A DNA stretch of 61,338 nucleotides from Octopus bimaculoides (lineage: Eukaryota), in assembly GCF_001194135.2 (NCBI RefSeq), contig NC_068983.1, positions 22,736,775 to 22,798,112 on the forward strand, written 5' to 3'. Position numbers and translations under genes: made by a program. This document shows, one piece after another, positions 1 through 12,899 of the stretch. The notes beneath the pieces were generated by a model. The model worked only from the letters and a program-made list of their open reading frames with translations, was not told where the DNA came from and did not search any database. The first letter of the stretch is position 1, and the number at the start of each line of letters is the position of its first letter.

Positions 1-160
1 AATTTTCCCTAAGCTAGAAATGTCAACGCAAAAGTATTGTTTATTTGCGGAGTAATTTCATTCTCTGAACATAAAATAAATGCTTGGTTATGTTGCAGTA
101 ACCGATTCCTTTGATGACAAATTTACAAGTGTGTCCATCAAAGAAATATTCTTTTCTATT

Positions 161-365
161 CAAGGCACAAGGCACGAAATTTTGGGGGTGCAGGGCCAGT
201 TGATTAGATCGACCTCAGTACGCAACTGGTACTTAATTTATCGACCTCGAAAGGATGAAAGGCAAAGTCGACCTCGGTGGAATTTGAACTCAGCACGTAA
301 AGACAGACGAAATACCGCTAAGAATTTCGCCCGGCCTGCTAACATTTCTGCCCGCTCGCCGCCTT
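161..365 (-). mobile_element. tRNA-derived SINE with Deu/Nin-like central domain (family 1)
   Basis: The minus strand carries the head AAGGCGGCGAGCGGGCAGAA..., a B-box-like GTTCAAATTCC and the Deu/Nin-like core GTCGACTTTGCCTTTCATCCTTTCGAGGTCGATAAA. Homologous copies occur at approx. 570-650, 3986-4201, 4405-4545, 7436-7653, 10002-10225, 16765-16978(+), 21611-21828, 40310-40500(+), 40505-40677, 45452-45606(+), 49395-49553, 54660-54866 and 57295-58066. Confidence 0.85.
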
Positions 366-832
366 TTCATCAAAGAAATCTTGTTCTATGTTATTTTCAG
401 AATTAGCTCAGTGCGAGATGGGATGAAATAATGAATGCCAAAATGGTAAAAAAAGAAGTGGACGATAACTAACCGAAAGGGAACCCAATGTGGGAGCATC
501 AAGATGGTGTTGTCTTCTATTATAATTCCATTCATATCTGGGATACTTTATTTAAATATTATACTTGATTAGTACTTTTATGTTATCAATCGCGGAAGGA
601 TGAAAAGCAAAGTTGCCCTAGGGAACATTTGAACTCAGAACGTTAAATCATGCCATTTATTTAGGAATAGATATCAGAATCAAATAGTCTTTTGAATTGG
701 ACTATTCCATTAGCAACACAGTAATTAGGGAGTGTATAAACAGATTGTTAAATACAAGATGGTAGGAATACAAAATACAAAATGGCTGATAGTTAGCAAG
801 GTGGGACACACATAAGAAAGAAGAAAACAAAA

Positions 833-876
833 GACCACTGATGAGGTCACAGAAGTGTGACGAAAGAACTCTGGCC
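833..876 (+). ncRNA. Candidate type I hammerhead ribozyme (minimal, Penelope-like)
   Basis: GACCA-CTGATGA-G-GTCAC-agaagt-GTGAC-GAAA-G-aa-C-TC-TGGCC. It has the intact core CUGAUGA/GAAA, a 5-bp stem II, stem I with 4 of 5 pairs, a very short stem III and a CUC triplet, with cleavage predicted after 871. Confidence 0.55.
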
Positions 877-986
877 GAAATAGGATTAATGTAATGTAAT
901 GTTATATAAAGCTGAAGCAAATTAACACCAAATATACAGTGCGTGTGTTTTTATTGGCTAAACCGGCAATATGACCGTCCCCAAGT

Positions 987-1028
<42 letters not shown>

Positions 1029-1128
1029 NNNNNNNNNNNNNNNNNNGGGAGTGTGTAAGTATGTCGGGGTGTGTCAGTGTGTAAGAATGTGCTTCAAATA
1101 CTTGTCTTCCCACATTTATGTATGTATG

Positions 1129-1159
<31 letters not shown>

Positions 1160-1428
1160 GCACACGCACACACACAGACACATACACAGACACACACACA
1201 GACACACACACAGAAACACACACAGACACACACACAGACACACACACAGACACACACACAGACACACACACATACACACATGCATATTTATGTCTGTGTG
1301 TGAAGTAAACTTTTAGCAATGTCCTTTCCACTAATCTGTTGAAACAATACCAGTCTGTCCGTTAATAAAGGCCAGAAATAATACAGAAACATACACATAC
1401 ACAGAAGCACACACATTCATACACACAC

Positions 1429-2026
1429 GCACATACATACAAACACGCGTACACAAACAGAAATAAAGTATCCAATGACTGAAGAGGGCGAAAACATAAA
1501 CACTTGTTATAATGCTAAAATGATGACGTAATGTAGAGAAAACGTGGATGGAAGTAGGAAAGGCAAAGATAAAAATTCGTTAAAGCTACCGCCATTTTTG
1601 AATTTCCCGCTTTGCAAAGCATTTTTCTTTTCACAGATTTTTTTTTTTCTTTAGCCCCAGGTTAGTTTTGATCGAATAGACAGTTGATCGATGATATTCG
1701 AGCAGCGATCTCCACGCTTTCTTTTGTGGTCTGTGAGGACTAAAATGTCTAAACTCTGTCCTTTTCTTATCTCTGCCTGTAAAGTGTGTAGTGTGATTGA
1801 AATTTGCCTAGCACATACATACAAACACGCGTACACAAACAGAAATAAAGTATCCAATGACTGAAGAGGGCGAAAACATAAACACTTGTTATAATGCTAA
1901 AATGATGACGTAATGTAGAGAAAACGTGGATGGAAGTAGGAAAGGCAAAGATAAAAATTCGTTAAAGCTACCGCCATTTTTGAATTTCCCGCTTTGCAAA
2001 GCATTTTTCTTTTCACAGATTTTTTT
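1429..2026. repeat. ~220-bp direct duplication (1429-1650 and 1811-2026), period 382 bp
   Basis: The two copies look identical by eye. The second runs into an N gap, so this may be an assembly artefact. Confidence 0.8.
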
Positions 2027-2874
2027 NNNNNNNNNNNNNNNNNNNNNNNNNNNNNNNNNNNNNNNNNNNNNNNNNNNNNNNNNNNNNNNNNNNNNNNNNN
2101 NNNNNNNNNNNNNNNNNNNNNNNNNNNNNNNNNNNNNNNNNNNNNNNNNNNNNNNNNNNNNNNNNNNNNNNNNNNNNNNNNNNNNNNNNNNNNNNNNNNN
2201 NNNNNNNNNNNNNNNNNNNNNNNNNNNNNNNNNNNNNNNNNNNNNNNNNNNNNNNNNNNNNNNNNNNNNNNNNNNNNNNNNNNNNNNNNNNNNNNNNNNN
2301 NNNNNNNNNNNNNNNNNNNNNNNNNNNNNNNNNNNNNNNNNNNNNNNNNNNNNNNNNNNNNNNNNNNNNNNNNNNNNNNNNNNNNNNNNNNNNNNNNNNN
2401 NNNNNNNNNNNNNNNNNNNNNNNNNNNNNNNNNNNNNNNNNNNNNNNNNNNNNNNNNNNNNNNNNNNNNNNNNNNNNNNNNNNNNNNNNNNNNNNNNNNN
2501 NNNNNNNNNNNNNNNNNNNNNNNNNNNNNNNNNNNNNNNNNNNNNNNNNNNNNNNNNNNNNNNNNNNNNNNNNNNNNNNNNNNNNNNNNNNNNNNNNNNN
2601 NNNNNNNNNNNNNNNNNNNNNNNNNNNNNNNNNNNNNNNNNNNNNNNNNNNNNNNNNNNNNNNNNNNNNNNNNNNNNNNNNNNNNNNNNNNNNNNNNNNN
2701 NNNNNNNNNNNNNNNNNNNNNNNNNNNNNNNNNNNNNNNNNNNNNNNNNNNNNNNNNNNNNNNNNNNNNNNNNNATATATGCATAAATGTACACACACAC
2801 ACACAAACGATAAATTATAGGACTCAGTACAAGTGTGTGTGTATGTATGTATGTATGTATGTATGTATGTATGC

Positions 2875-2930
<56 letters not shown>
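2875..2930. repeat. (CTAT)n microsatellite, preceded by (GTAT)n
   Basis: Direct reading. It is representative of dozens of CA, TA, TACA, GATA (31635-31708), TAA, CAA and TAC/CAC tracts in the window. Confidence 0.95.
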
Positions 2931-2931
<1 letters not shown>

Positions 2932-3985
2932 CCGTCTGGTTCAATTTCTTTCTAAATTAACCGCCATATTCAAACTGCGCGTTTTATAACGGTTTTGTTT
3001 TTTTCGTTCACTTCTTTGTTTCCCCTCTTTAGTTTTTGGTTGTTTTATATTTAGTCATCTTTCTTTTCTTCCTTTCTCCTTTTTCTCATTATATGTTCAG
3101 CTTAATGTACTTCTCGCACACTCCTAAATATCTATCCACACATTACCATGGTTTGGGTGGAGTAATTTTTTTAATGATACCCAAAAGTAGTTCATGTGGT
3201 TTTCTTCAAAAAGAAGAGAAAAGGGGGGAAAAAACGGCTTTTTTTCAGTTTCAAGTTAGTTTAACCTTTTAACGGCGTAATTAAATTTCATGGTCATTCT
3301 CGTAATGATAATTATCCATACACACACACACAAATAAAATTGATATTTTCTGCTCCTTCATTACATTTTTTCAGTATCTTTTTCAGGTACGGTTTTCATA
3401 TCCACCACTGAAAGTATTTGATTCTTGCTCTGTAATATTTGATGAAATGTGTGAAAAAAATTATTTGAATCTGAAAAACTGCCTTTTGTAGAAAAGTGCC
3501 AATTGGGGTGTCTCCATTTATCCGTAGCTCAAGGAGAGTGTTTTTCTTTTTTCAAAGCCATGGACGTAAAACCGCTTTCCACAGTTATATTTTGAACAAA
3601 TATATCCACTTCCGTGTCCAAAAGATTAAATCAATTTTTATCACATATCTCACAAGACGGTATGAAATGTACGAACTGAGAAGGCAATGGACAAACTGTT
3701 TTGTTTAATGAAATTAAGGTTTTAAATGTTTTTAAATTTGTCCAACACCAGGGCGAAGAAAGAATTTTATGGATACGGTCTCTATTTTTATCATCTCATT
3801 AAAACTTTGAACGTCGAAAGCGGATATATCCGCTCAAAATTTTACAATGTTCAAATTACAATATATTTAATTGTACTGCATTTACAGTACCTGTATCTTA
3901 TTGAGTTAATAAAACTTCGTTCTTTACTTAAATGATATTTCCTCCTATTGCTCTCATTTCTACTACATTCAGAATGTTAATGATA

Positions 3986-4201
3986 ATACTGATTTCAAAT
4001 TTTATCACAAGGCCAGCAATTTCGAGGGAGGGGATTAATTGATCAAAGTGTTCTACTGGTATTTATTTTATTTCCCCCCCCCCCGAAAGGATGAGAGGCA
4101 AAGTCGATCTCGGCGGAATTTGTACTCAGAACACGAAGACGGACGAACTGTCGCTAAGTATTTTGCCCAGCTCGCTAACGATTTTGCCAGTTCACCGCCT
4201 T
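3986..4201 (-). mobile_element. Family 1 Deu/Nin-type SINE
   Basis: Full head, core and tail homologous to 161-365. Confidence 0.8.
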
Positions 4202-5646
4202 AATATTGATGATAAGACTGTTTTAATGTGTTTTGTAAGGTGTTACAGTAACTTAAAATGTGATGATCAGATATCTGTAGAGTTCAGTTATCCGGCAACC
4301 TTCCGGTTCTTGTGGTGTCGGAGAGGCGGAAGTTTATTCTACTTGACTTCTAACAATTTTACAAACCCTTAAATTTTATGAGAAAAGTGGGTCACATATA
4401 GATAAAATCGACTTGATTAGCAGTTGAAACCTCGGAAAGATAAATATAAATTAAGTCAGGCTCGACAGGATTTGAAATCAAAACGTAAAGAGACATTAAA
4501 AAGTATTGCAAGGCACTCTGAAAGACACCGACCAATTCTTACCAAAAATTGATTTCATAATGTAAGCATAGCTTTGTGATTAAGAAGACCCCTTGCCAAC
4601 TACGTGGTTCGATCCCATTACGCGGCATGTTGACCAATACTTTATGAGTGGAATTTGGTGGATGGAAACTATGAAAACTACGGAAACCCGTTAGAAGTTT
4701 CATTGCTCTTCTTATAAGGTAGACTTAATCTGTCGCTCGGTTCAGCACTGCCATCTGGCCCTTTCCGGATTTCAGTGGAGTTTGCTCTTTTACAAGCATC
4801 CAAACCAAATCCCCGACCACCCAAGAATAAACTCCTTCACACCTTCCCCTTGTCATGAATGCCCTAAAAAGGGCTACGAACGATACGTTTCTTCCCCTGA
4901 ATAAACCATTTAGAAGAATGCAGACTATTTTGTCTTTTACTTGTTTCAGTCATTAAACTAAGGGGGCCATGCTGGGGGCACTGCCGCGAAGGGTTCTAGT
5001 CAAACGAACCGACTCCAGTGTTTATTATTTTTTTTTTCGGTACTCATTCTGTTGGTCTTTTTTGCTGAACTGCTAAGTGATGGTGACTTAAACAAACCAA
5101 CATCGCTTGTCAAGTGATGGTGGATGACAAACACAAACAGAAAGACACACACATACACACGCGCGTTTGTGTAACCTGTATAGGACCTTTATAAACGAAG
5201 ATGGCTTAGCTGGCCGAAACTTCGAAGTCATTGTCAATAATATTCTTGTTTAAGAATCATAAATTTGTACTTTACAAAAGTATAGAGTAACCTATCCGAT
5301 TAATTAAAATTTTTTATTATAATTGAACATAAACACGCACACACAAATATATGCACTTATATATATGTATGCTACATATATGTATGTATATATGTTTCAC
5401 ATATGAACTCGAACACACACATAGTTAATCAGCAAAATGTTACAAAAGGGCCGAGAGTTTCGTGCATAGCACTTATCAAACCTAACTCTCGATCCTTGAA
5501 TCATTTTCGTGACTTCTCGCCAATTAAAAATAATTAAAAAAATGCATATACTAATATATTGAGCTCTGTTTATCTTGATTATTCTGCCAAAACGTATACA
5601 TACATACATACAGATACGTATGTATGTATATGATTGTATGTATGTA

Positions 5647-5691
<45 letters not shown>

Positions 5692-7435
5692 ATCTCTGAC
5701 TGCTTTTCATTTTCCGGGGATGGGCAACGTAATAAATACCAGATGTGTATTGAGACGCTTTCACCGAAAACATCCCCAAACTGCCATCAACGTCACCGCC
5801 ACCACCTCCGCCACCAGAGTATCCGCATTTGATGAATTGTTAGATTACCCGTTGTTGGAACATTGGTTCGAAACTGNNNNNNNNNNGGGGGGGGGGGGCT
5901 TATAATCTTTCAGAAACGTCTTTGCCATATCTTTTATTCTACAACTATGAATAATATGCGTCAACTTTTCTGTGGTAAAAAGGTCAGTTAAACCTGACGC
6001 TACACAGCATCCTACCGCCGCCACCACCACCACTACCACCACCATGTATACATAACTATGATGACATAATCCGAAGCAGTTACTTCCATCACACAATCAC
6101 GTGGTGTAAATAAATATTTATCCGTTAAATAAATGTATTTTTGCCGTTATACTTCAAAAAATAAAACTGGGCCATTATTTGCACGATAGACTTCATCACG
6201 ATGGATTACATCACGATGAACTGCATCACATTTCTGCCTTACCCATGGGTGGGCTGGTAAAGAATATAAGTCGTACAGTTGTAAATATATAGCTTGTCAC
6301 ACTATAATAACATAATATAGCCAGAAAACTAAATTGGCAGAGGTCAAGACTGTCGACAATTTTTGGCGTTCTCTCGGTATTAAATGTCATTCACCCACGC
6401 AACGTTTCCTCACGACATAGATAAAGTGACTAGGCTGAAAAAGAGAGTGAATGACGTCGACTACTAATACCGAAAAATTGCCCCTTTTTTCATGTGCAAT
6501 ACCAGCAGGGTCGTTTTAAAAGACTTTTAGGCCCCGGGCAAAGCAATGCAGGGAGGTCCTCTACATACCCGCCAACAGCATAAAAAGATTAGCATTGGGG
6601 CCACAGATCATGTGGGGCGTCAGAACAACTGCTCTGTGTGCTCGTACCTTAAGGTGGTACTGCCATCCTGTACGTACGTGTTAACGAGAGACAAATAAAA
6701 ATTGGTCTCTCGAATTGGGGCTCTTCTTCTGCTTCAAAGATGCAAACAAAATCCAGTCAAACCACATAGTTTTCCATATTAACGAAAAAACAACACATTC
6801 GGGAAGATAGTTCCAATTCGGTTTGAAAATAAAATGCAAGTCACGACGATAGGGTAACTGCGGCAGCGGAGGCGGTTGCAACGGCCGTGGCAAACAATGA
6901 CGGTGGTGAACGGTGGAGGTGGCGGTGGCCACAATGAAAATCAAACTGATATAGCTAATTTACACATAACCCATTAGCTTTTCTCTACATCACTGACGGT
7001 TTGACTGATTTTCGATTTGGTGGTGTCTGGCTGCCTGTTGCTGTTGATCCGTAATTTACGGTAAAATCACGTGATAGAACAGTGCCATCTGCCGGTGCCG
7101 ACGAAATTTCAACTAATATAATCTGTGTTGTTTAGCATCCGTCGTCTTCATGAGATTTCTCGGGACGTTGCTCCAATCAACAGCGTTATAAACAGCACGT
7201 CCAAGTTATCTAGTGCCCTTATATCTTTGTAAAAGAGGATTTGGTACCTGAAATATTAGGAGCATTAAATATTGTACTTATTCTTGTTCTTTACTCTTCT
7301 AACTGCATTGCTGTAACCGTCTAACACTGTTTTTATATAACTATTCAGTTACGCATGTAAACATGTACAAATATACATGTATACATACGTACGTACATAC
7401 ATATAATTAATATTATATGTATACACATATAATTA

Positions 7436-7653
7436 ATATTGATTTCAAATTTTGGCACAAGGCCAGCAATTACGGGAGAGGGATCAAGTCGATAACATCA
7501 ACCCCGGGGCTCAACTGGTACTTATTTTAATCTACCCAGAGAGGATGAAAGGCAAAGTCAACGTCGGCGGAATTTGAGCTCAGACCGCACAGACGGACGA
7601 AATGCCACTAAACATTTTGACCGGCGTGTTAACGATTGTGCCTGCTCGCCGCC
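7436..7653 (-). mobile_element. Family 1 Deu/Nin-type SINE
   Basis: Homologous to 161-365. Confidence 0.8.
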
Positions 7654-7835
7654 CTACGTATAATTATATTTTATTATTATTAATAATCGGCAGTTTCATG
7701 CATTTGCGCTTTTTGAATTATGTCAATAGAAGAAATTCTCGGCCTGTGAGTCATTCTGTAACTTCTGCCAATTATTAATAACACACACACACACACAGAC
7801 ACACACACACACACACACACACATGCATACATAAA

Positions 7836-8298
7836 CACCAACTCAAAGAATACTGGTGGACTATACCCATCAGTCAAATGTAAACATAACATGCCGGATA
7901 TTGTTGTTTGGGACAGAGGGGCAAAGGTATGGTGCCATCATAGAGGCCCTGCAGATATAAATATCTCTTTGAAAATCAAAACCTCCAGCTTCTATGTCCA
8001 GACTATGAATCCATATATTCATACCAATAATAATTGGAGCACTAGGTTTTGTTAGTAAATGCTTAAAGGAGAATCTGAATAAACTAGAATTTTCAGAAGG
8101 AGAAAGTGACTGGCTAATTTTTTCATTACAAGTGCAATCTGCGAGTGGAACAGTAAAAATATGCAAGACTTTTCTCAAGTTCCAAATGTGGATCTGTCTT
8201 TGTTAACTACATCCCAAAGATGGAGCCTTATATCTTTGTTGGAAACCTGCTCCCTCCCTCAGTGGAAGATTTATAATAATCAAAAAATAGAAAAAGAT
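7836..8298 (+). mobile_element. 5'-truncated R4/Dong-clade non-LTR retrotransposon (RLE C-terminus plus 3'UTR), (TACA)n-flanked family
   Basis: Frameshifted translation gives KCKHNMPDIVVWD...FIPIIIGALGFVSKCLKENLNKLEFSE...SGTVKICKTFLKF, an RLE PD-(D/E)xK-type C-terminus. The 3'UTR runs directly into (TACA)n. Confidence 0.8.
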
Positions 8299-8525
8299 AC
8301 ATACATACATACATACATACATACACACATACATACATACTTATGTTTTGATTTTTGTTTTCCGGTTTAAAATACTCAAACCTAATAGACGCAGGTGTGG
8401 TTGCCTGATTAGAACTTTGCTTCCCAGCCTCGTGGTTACGGGTTCAGTCTCAATAGGCAAGTCTCTTCTACTAAAGCCAAAGCTTTGTGAGTGAATTTGT
8501 TAGACGGAAACCGAAAGAAATTCGT

Positions 8526-8565
<40 letters not shown>

Positions 8566-9505
8566 TATATATTCTTTTATTCCTTTATTTGTTTCAGCAC
8601 TACCTTTCATCGAACAAATCGATCCCAGGACTTATCCTTTGTAAGCCTAGTACTTATTCTATCGGTCTCTTTTGCCAAACCGCTAAGTTACGGGGACGTA
8701 AACATACTAGCATCGGTTATCAAGCGATGGTGGTGGTGGGAACAAATACAAACACATACACATACATACATACATACATATATATATANNNNNNNNNNNN
8801 NNNNNNNNNNNNNNNNNNNNNNNNNNNNNNNNNNNNNNNNNNNNNNNNNNNNNNNNNNNNNNNNNNNNNNNNNNNNNNNNNNNNNNNNNNNNNNNNNNNN
8901 NNNNNNNNNNNNNNNNNNNNNNNNNNNNNNNNNNNNNNNNNNNNNNNNNNNNNNNNNNNNNNNNNNNNNNNNNNNNNNNNNNNNNNNNNNNNNNNNNNNN
9001 NNNNNNNNNNNNNNNNNNNNNNNNNNNNNNNNNNNNNNNNNNNNNNNNNNNNNNNNNNNNNNNNNNNNNNNNNNNNNNNNNNNNNNNNNNNNNNNNNNNN
9101 NNNNNNNNNNNNNNNNNNNNNNNNNNNNNNNNNNNNNNNNNNNNNNNNNNNNNNNNNNNNNNNNNNNNNNNNNNNNNNNNNNNNNNNNNNNNNNNNNNNN
9201 NNNNNNNNNNNNNNNNNNNNNNNNNNNNNNNNNNNNNNNNNNNNNNNNNNNNNNNNNNNNNNNNNNNNNNNNNNNNNNNNNNNNNNNNNNNNNNNNNNNN
9301 NNNNNNNNNNNNNNNNNNNNNNNNNNNNNNNNNNNNNNNNNNNNNNNNNNNNNNNNNNNNNNNNNNNNNNNNNNNNNNNNNNNNNNNNNNNNNNNNNNNN
9401 NNNNNNNNNNNNNNNNNNNNNNNNNNNNNNNNNNNNNNNNNNNNNNNNNNNNNNNNNNNNNNNNNNNNNNNNNNNNNNNNNNNNNNNNNNNNNNNNNNNN
9501 NNNNN

Positions 9506-9568
<63 letters not shown>

Positions 9569-9764
9569 TGCACATCTACATGCAGAGAAATAACATCACC
9601 CTGATGACGTTATTGTCGGGTCGGTTTATATTACAAATAATTCAAGTCACGTTTTCCATAATTTTTTCCCTCTTTCTCTTCTCCGAGTGATTTCGAGTGT
9701 CTGATGTCACCGAGGAATTATGATTCATTGGTGTCTGTCCCTCAATATTAGACTAATATATCTT

Positions 9765-10383
9765 ATCTTTTACTTGTTTGAGTCATTCGACTGCAGCCAT
9801 GCTGGGGCATCGCCTTGAAATGTTTTAGTCGAACAAATCGACCCCACTACTTACTTTTTCAAGCTTGGTACTTTTTCTATCGATCTCTTTTTCGCAAACT
9901 GCTAAGTTACGAGGACGCAAACAAAGCAACGCAGGTTGCCAAGCGGTGGCCTCACACACACGCACACACACACACTCATACGACGGATTTCTTTCAGTTT
10001 CTTATTTCTTTATTGCCCACAAGGGGCTAAACATAGAGGGGACAGACAAAGGGATTGAGTCGATTACATCGACCCCAGTGCGTAACTGGTACTTAATTTA
10101 TCGATCCCGAAAGGATGAAAGGCAAAGTCGACCTCGGCGGAATTTGAACTCGGAACGTAACGGCAGGCGAAATACCGCTAAGCATTTCACCCGGCGTGCT
10201 AACGTTTCTGCCAAGCTCACTGCTCTTCTTTCAGTTTCTTTCAGTTTCCGTTCACCACATTCGTTCACCAGGCTTTGATTGGTCTGGGGCTACAGTAGAA
10301 GACATTTGTCCTAGGTGCCAGGCATAGTACTGAACCGGGAACCATGTGGTTTGGAAACAAAGTTCTTACTACACAACGACACC
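9765..10383 (-). mobile_element. Family 2 SINE interrupted by a nested family 1 SINE (10002-10225, 13-bp TSD)
   Basis: Family 2 tail at 9765-10001 and head at ~10240-10383. TTCTTTCAGTTTC is duplicated at 9989-10001 and 10226-10238. Confidence 0.8.
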
Positions 10384-10705
10384 TATTAGTTGACACTGTG
10401 AATGAAAATGATACGGTGCTGCTGCTGCTGTTGTTGTTGTTGTTGCTGTTAAGTCCCGTGTCAAACTTGGTCCAGCAAATCTGATATGGGTTCCTGAAAA
10501 TATAGCTGTGTGGTTAAGAAGCTAGTTCTTCAACCACATGGTTTAGGTTTCAGTCCCACTGCGTGGCACTGAGAGCAAGTGTCTTCTTCTATAACTACGG
10601 GTCGACCAATGCCTTGTGGGTAAATTTGGGAGACGGAAACCGTGTGGAACCCGTCGTACATACACACATTCATTCATTCATACATACATACATACATACA
10701 TACAT

Positions 10706-11149
10706 CTGCCAAGTGTAAGCATAACAGGCCAGATATTGTTGTTTGGGACAGACAAGAAAAAGTATATACTGTCAAAGAGGTCAGCAGTCCTGCTGATGTG
10801 AATTATCTTTTTGAAAATCAAAGGAAAAGAAAGTAACTATGGACAACTGCTCCGAAACCTCCAGCTTCTATATCCAGATTACAAATTTACATTTAAGCTA
10901 ATAATAATTGGAGCATTTGGTTTTGTAAGTAAACGCCTAACTCTCAGTCTGGATAAGCTTGGTTTTTCAGAAAAAGAAATCAACCAACTGATTCGCACAT
11001 TACAATTACGATGTGTAAGCGGAAAAGTAAAATTATGCATGACTTTTGTCAGGTTTAAAAGATGGAGCTTTGTATCTTTGTTAGAAACCAGCTTTTGTTA
11101 GAAACCAGCTCATTCTTCAGAGGAAGAATTTAAATGAATACAGAGGAGA
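10706..11149 (+). mobile_element. 5'-truncated R4/Dong-clade element, (TACA)n-flanked family
   Basis: AKCKHNRPDIVVWDRQEKVYTVKEVSSPADVN, then a frameshift, then KESNYGQLLRNLQLLYPDYKFTFKLIIIGAFGFVS...SGKVKLCMTF (ORFs 10642-10836 and 10811-11101). CATA repeats lie on both sides. Confidence 0.85.
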
Positions 11150-11590
11150 CATACATGCATATTTACATACGTACGTATGTATGTATGTATGTATGTATGT
11201 ATGTATGTATGTATGTATGTATGTGTGTATGTATGTATGTATGAGTGTATGTATGTATGTATGTATGTATGTCTTTGTGTTTGTCCCTCTCCCACGCATT
11301 ACTTCACAATCGGTATTGGTTTATTCACCTCCTCGTAACTTGGCGGTTCGGCAAAAGAAATACAAGATTTTAACAAAAACATGAATACTGGAGTGGATTG
11401 TTCCACTACTGAACCCTTCAAAGGGCTGCTCCAGCATGGCTGCTGTCCAATGACTGAAACCAGCAAAAGATAAAAGATCAGGGATCTCCTTTCATCAAGC
11501 CGAGTACAAAGAATGAACCTAAGAACACATTATCCTGCAGCCGCATAGTGGCTCCTTCGATATGTGTGTACGTGTGTGTGTGTGTGTGTG

Positions 11591-11634
<44 letters not shown>

Positions 11635-12376
11635 AGTATGTGTGATCACAAGTCATCTCTGAGTGAGCAGATTTATGTTCTTTCAATCGTGACCATTTCA
11701 TCTGTGCTTTTTTTTCTTTTCTTCTAACGTCACAGCGTATCTAGAACGACTTTACTCAGTATAAATCACGATTTTTCTTTGTGACTGAAACAAATGCAGC
11801 AAATTTGGAAAGTCTTTAAAATATCCAATACAATCCCTTGCGGTATTTGTTCTGGTGTACGAGACGTTTTGGCGCAGCCGTTTTGGCATCGCTGATTCGA
11901 CATTGACTTATTTGACAAATTTCACTCGTTTCAATGTTTCTCTCGTCCATGATTATTCGGTCATTTTTCTTTTTCGTTTTTTTTATTCTTTTCAGAGAGT
12001 CTATCGAGGACTACATTATTCAATACATCAGTCAATATATTATTCCGTTGTGGAGAGGTGTGGTGTCAATAAATTAAGTACCAGTAAGATATTGAGGTTC
12101 ATACAACTGATATTGTATTTACCACCCGTTAGACAATAAAGAAACTGTTTTCGTTGGTGTTGGTGACACGAAGGTACAACGATAGCAGCAGAGAACTGAC
12201 TGAGAAATTGGTAGTTCGTATCTATCTATCTACATACATACATACATGCATACATACATACATACATGCATACATACATACATACATACATACATACATA
12301 CATACATACATACATACATGCATACATGAAGACATGCATACATACATACATACGTACATACGTACATACGTACATA

Positions 12377-12510
12377 CATTACAAGTGCAATCTGTGAGTG
12401 GAACAGTAAAAATATGCAAGCCTTTTCTCAAGTTCTAAATGTGAATTTGTCTGTGTTAACTACATCCCAAAGATGGAGCCTTGTATCTTTGTTGGAAACC
12501 TGCTCCTCTC
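12377..12510 (+). mobile_element. Short fragment of the (TACA)n-flanked R4/Dong family
   Basis: LQVQSVSGTVKICKPFLKF* plus part of the 3'UTR, immediately after a long (CATA)n tract. Confidence 0.8.
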
Positions 12511-12899
12511 TTTCATGGTATTTTAGCTCTCAAATGGACCAGTCCATTCATAGGAGTAGAAAACGCAACAGCACTGTCAAACAAACAAGTAGCTTGTTAA
12601 AAAACGTTAGCTAAATTTATCCTCTGTGTCAAGATTAAAAAGTAGATAGTCTCCGCCCAGTTAACGTCCTTCACGTGATGTCGAGTTCTCTTTAACAACG
12701 CACAATGCACTATGTTATTGGCATCAGAAGAAAATAGGACATTACGACATTCAGATGCTGTTACCAAGAGTATTGGTAGTGTATATGAACGGATAAATGA
12801 AGAATAAAAGAAAAAAAGATTAAAAAGAAAGAAACACTTTTAGCCGAGAGTTTGAAAAGGTTTCTGTTTAATATAATTTCATGTCGGTCATCCAGACAA

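Noticed and set aside
1480-1515. CTGAAGA-GGGC-GAAA hammerhead-like core (also at ~1861)
   Set aside because: Stem II is essentially absent and stem I does not pair.
2931-3780. Possible DNA transposon with weak TIRs (ACCGT...TTCTTTCT); its right part resembles 30200-30350
   Set aside because: The TIR match is too poor, and there is no clear TSD or transposase motif for a call.
4700-4900. Minus-strand frame with VVGDLVW (PWWP-like start)
   Set aside because: No PWWP motif follows, the frame is short and the splice sites are unconvincing.
5193-5227. ACGAAGAT-GGC...GCC-GAAAC-TTC degenerate hammerhead-like motif
   Set aside because: The core lacks CUG and stem I does not form. At best it is a decayed Penelope-type remnant.
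6508-6663. Possible hAT-like MITE (CAGGGTCGTTTTAA ... TTAAGGTGGTACTG)
   Set aside because: The TIRs are imperfect and no matching 8-bp TSD was found.
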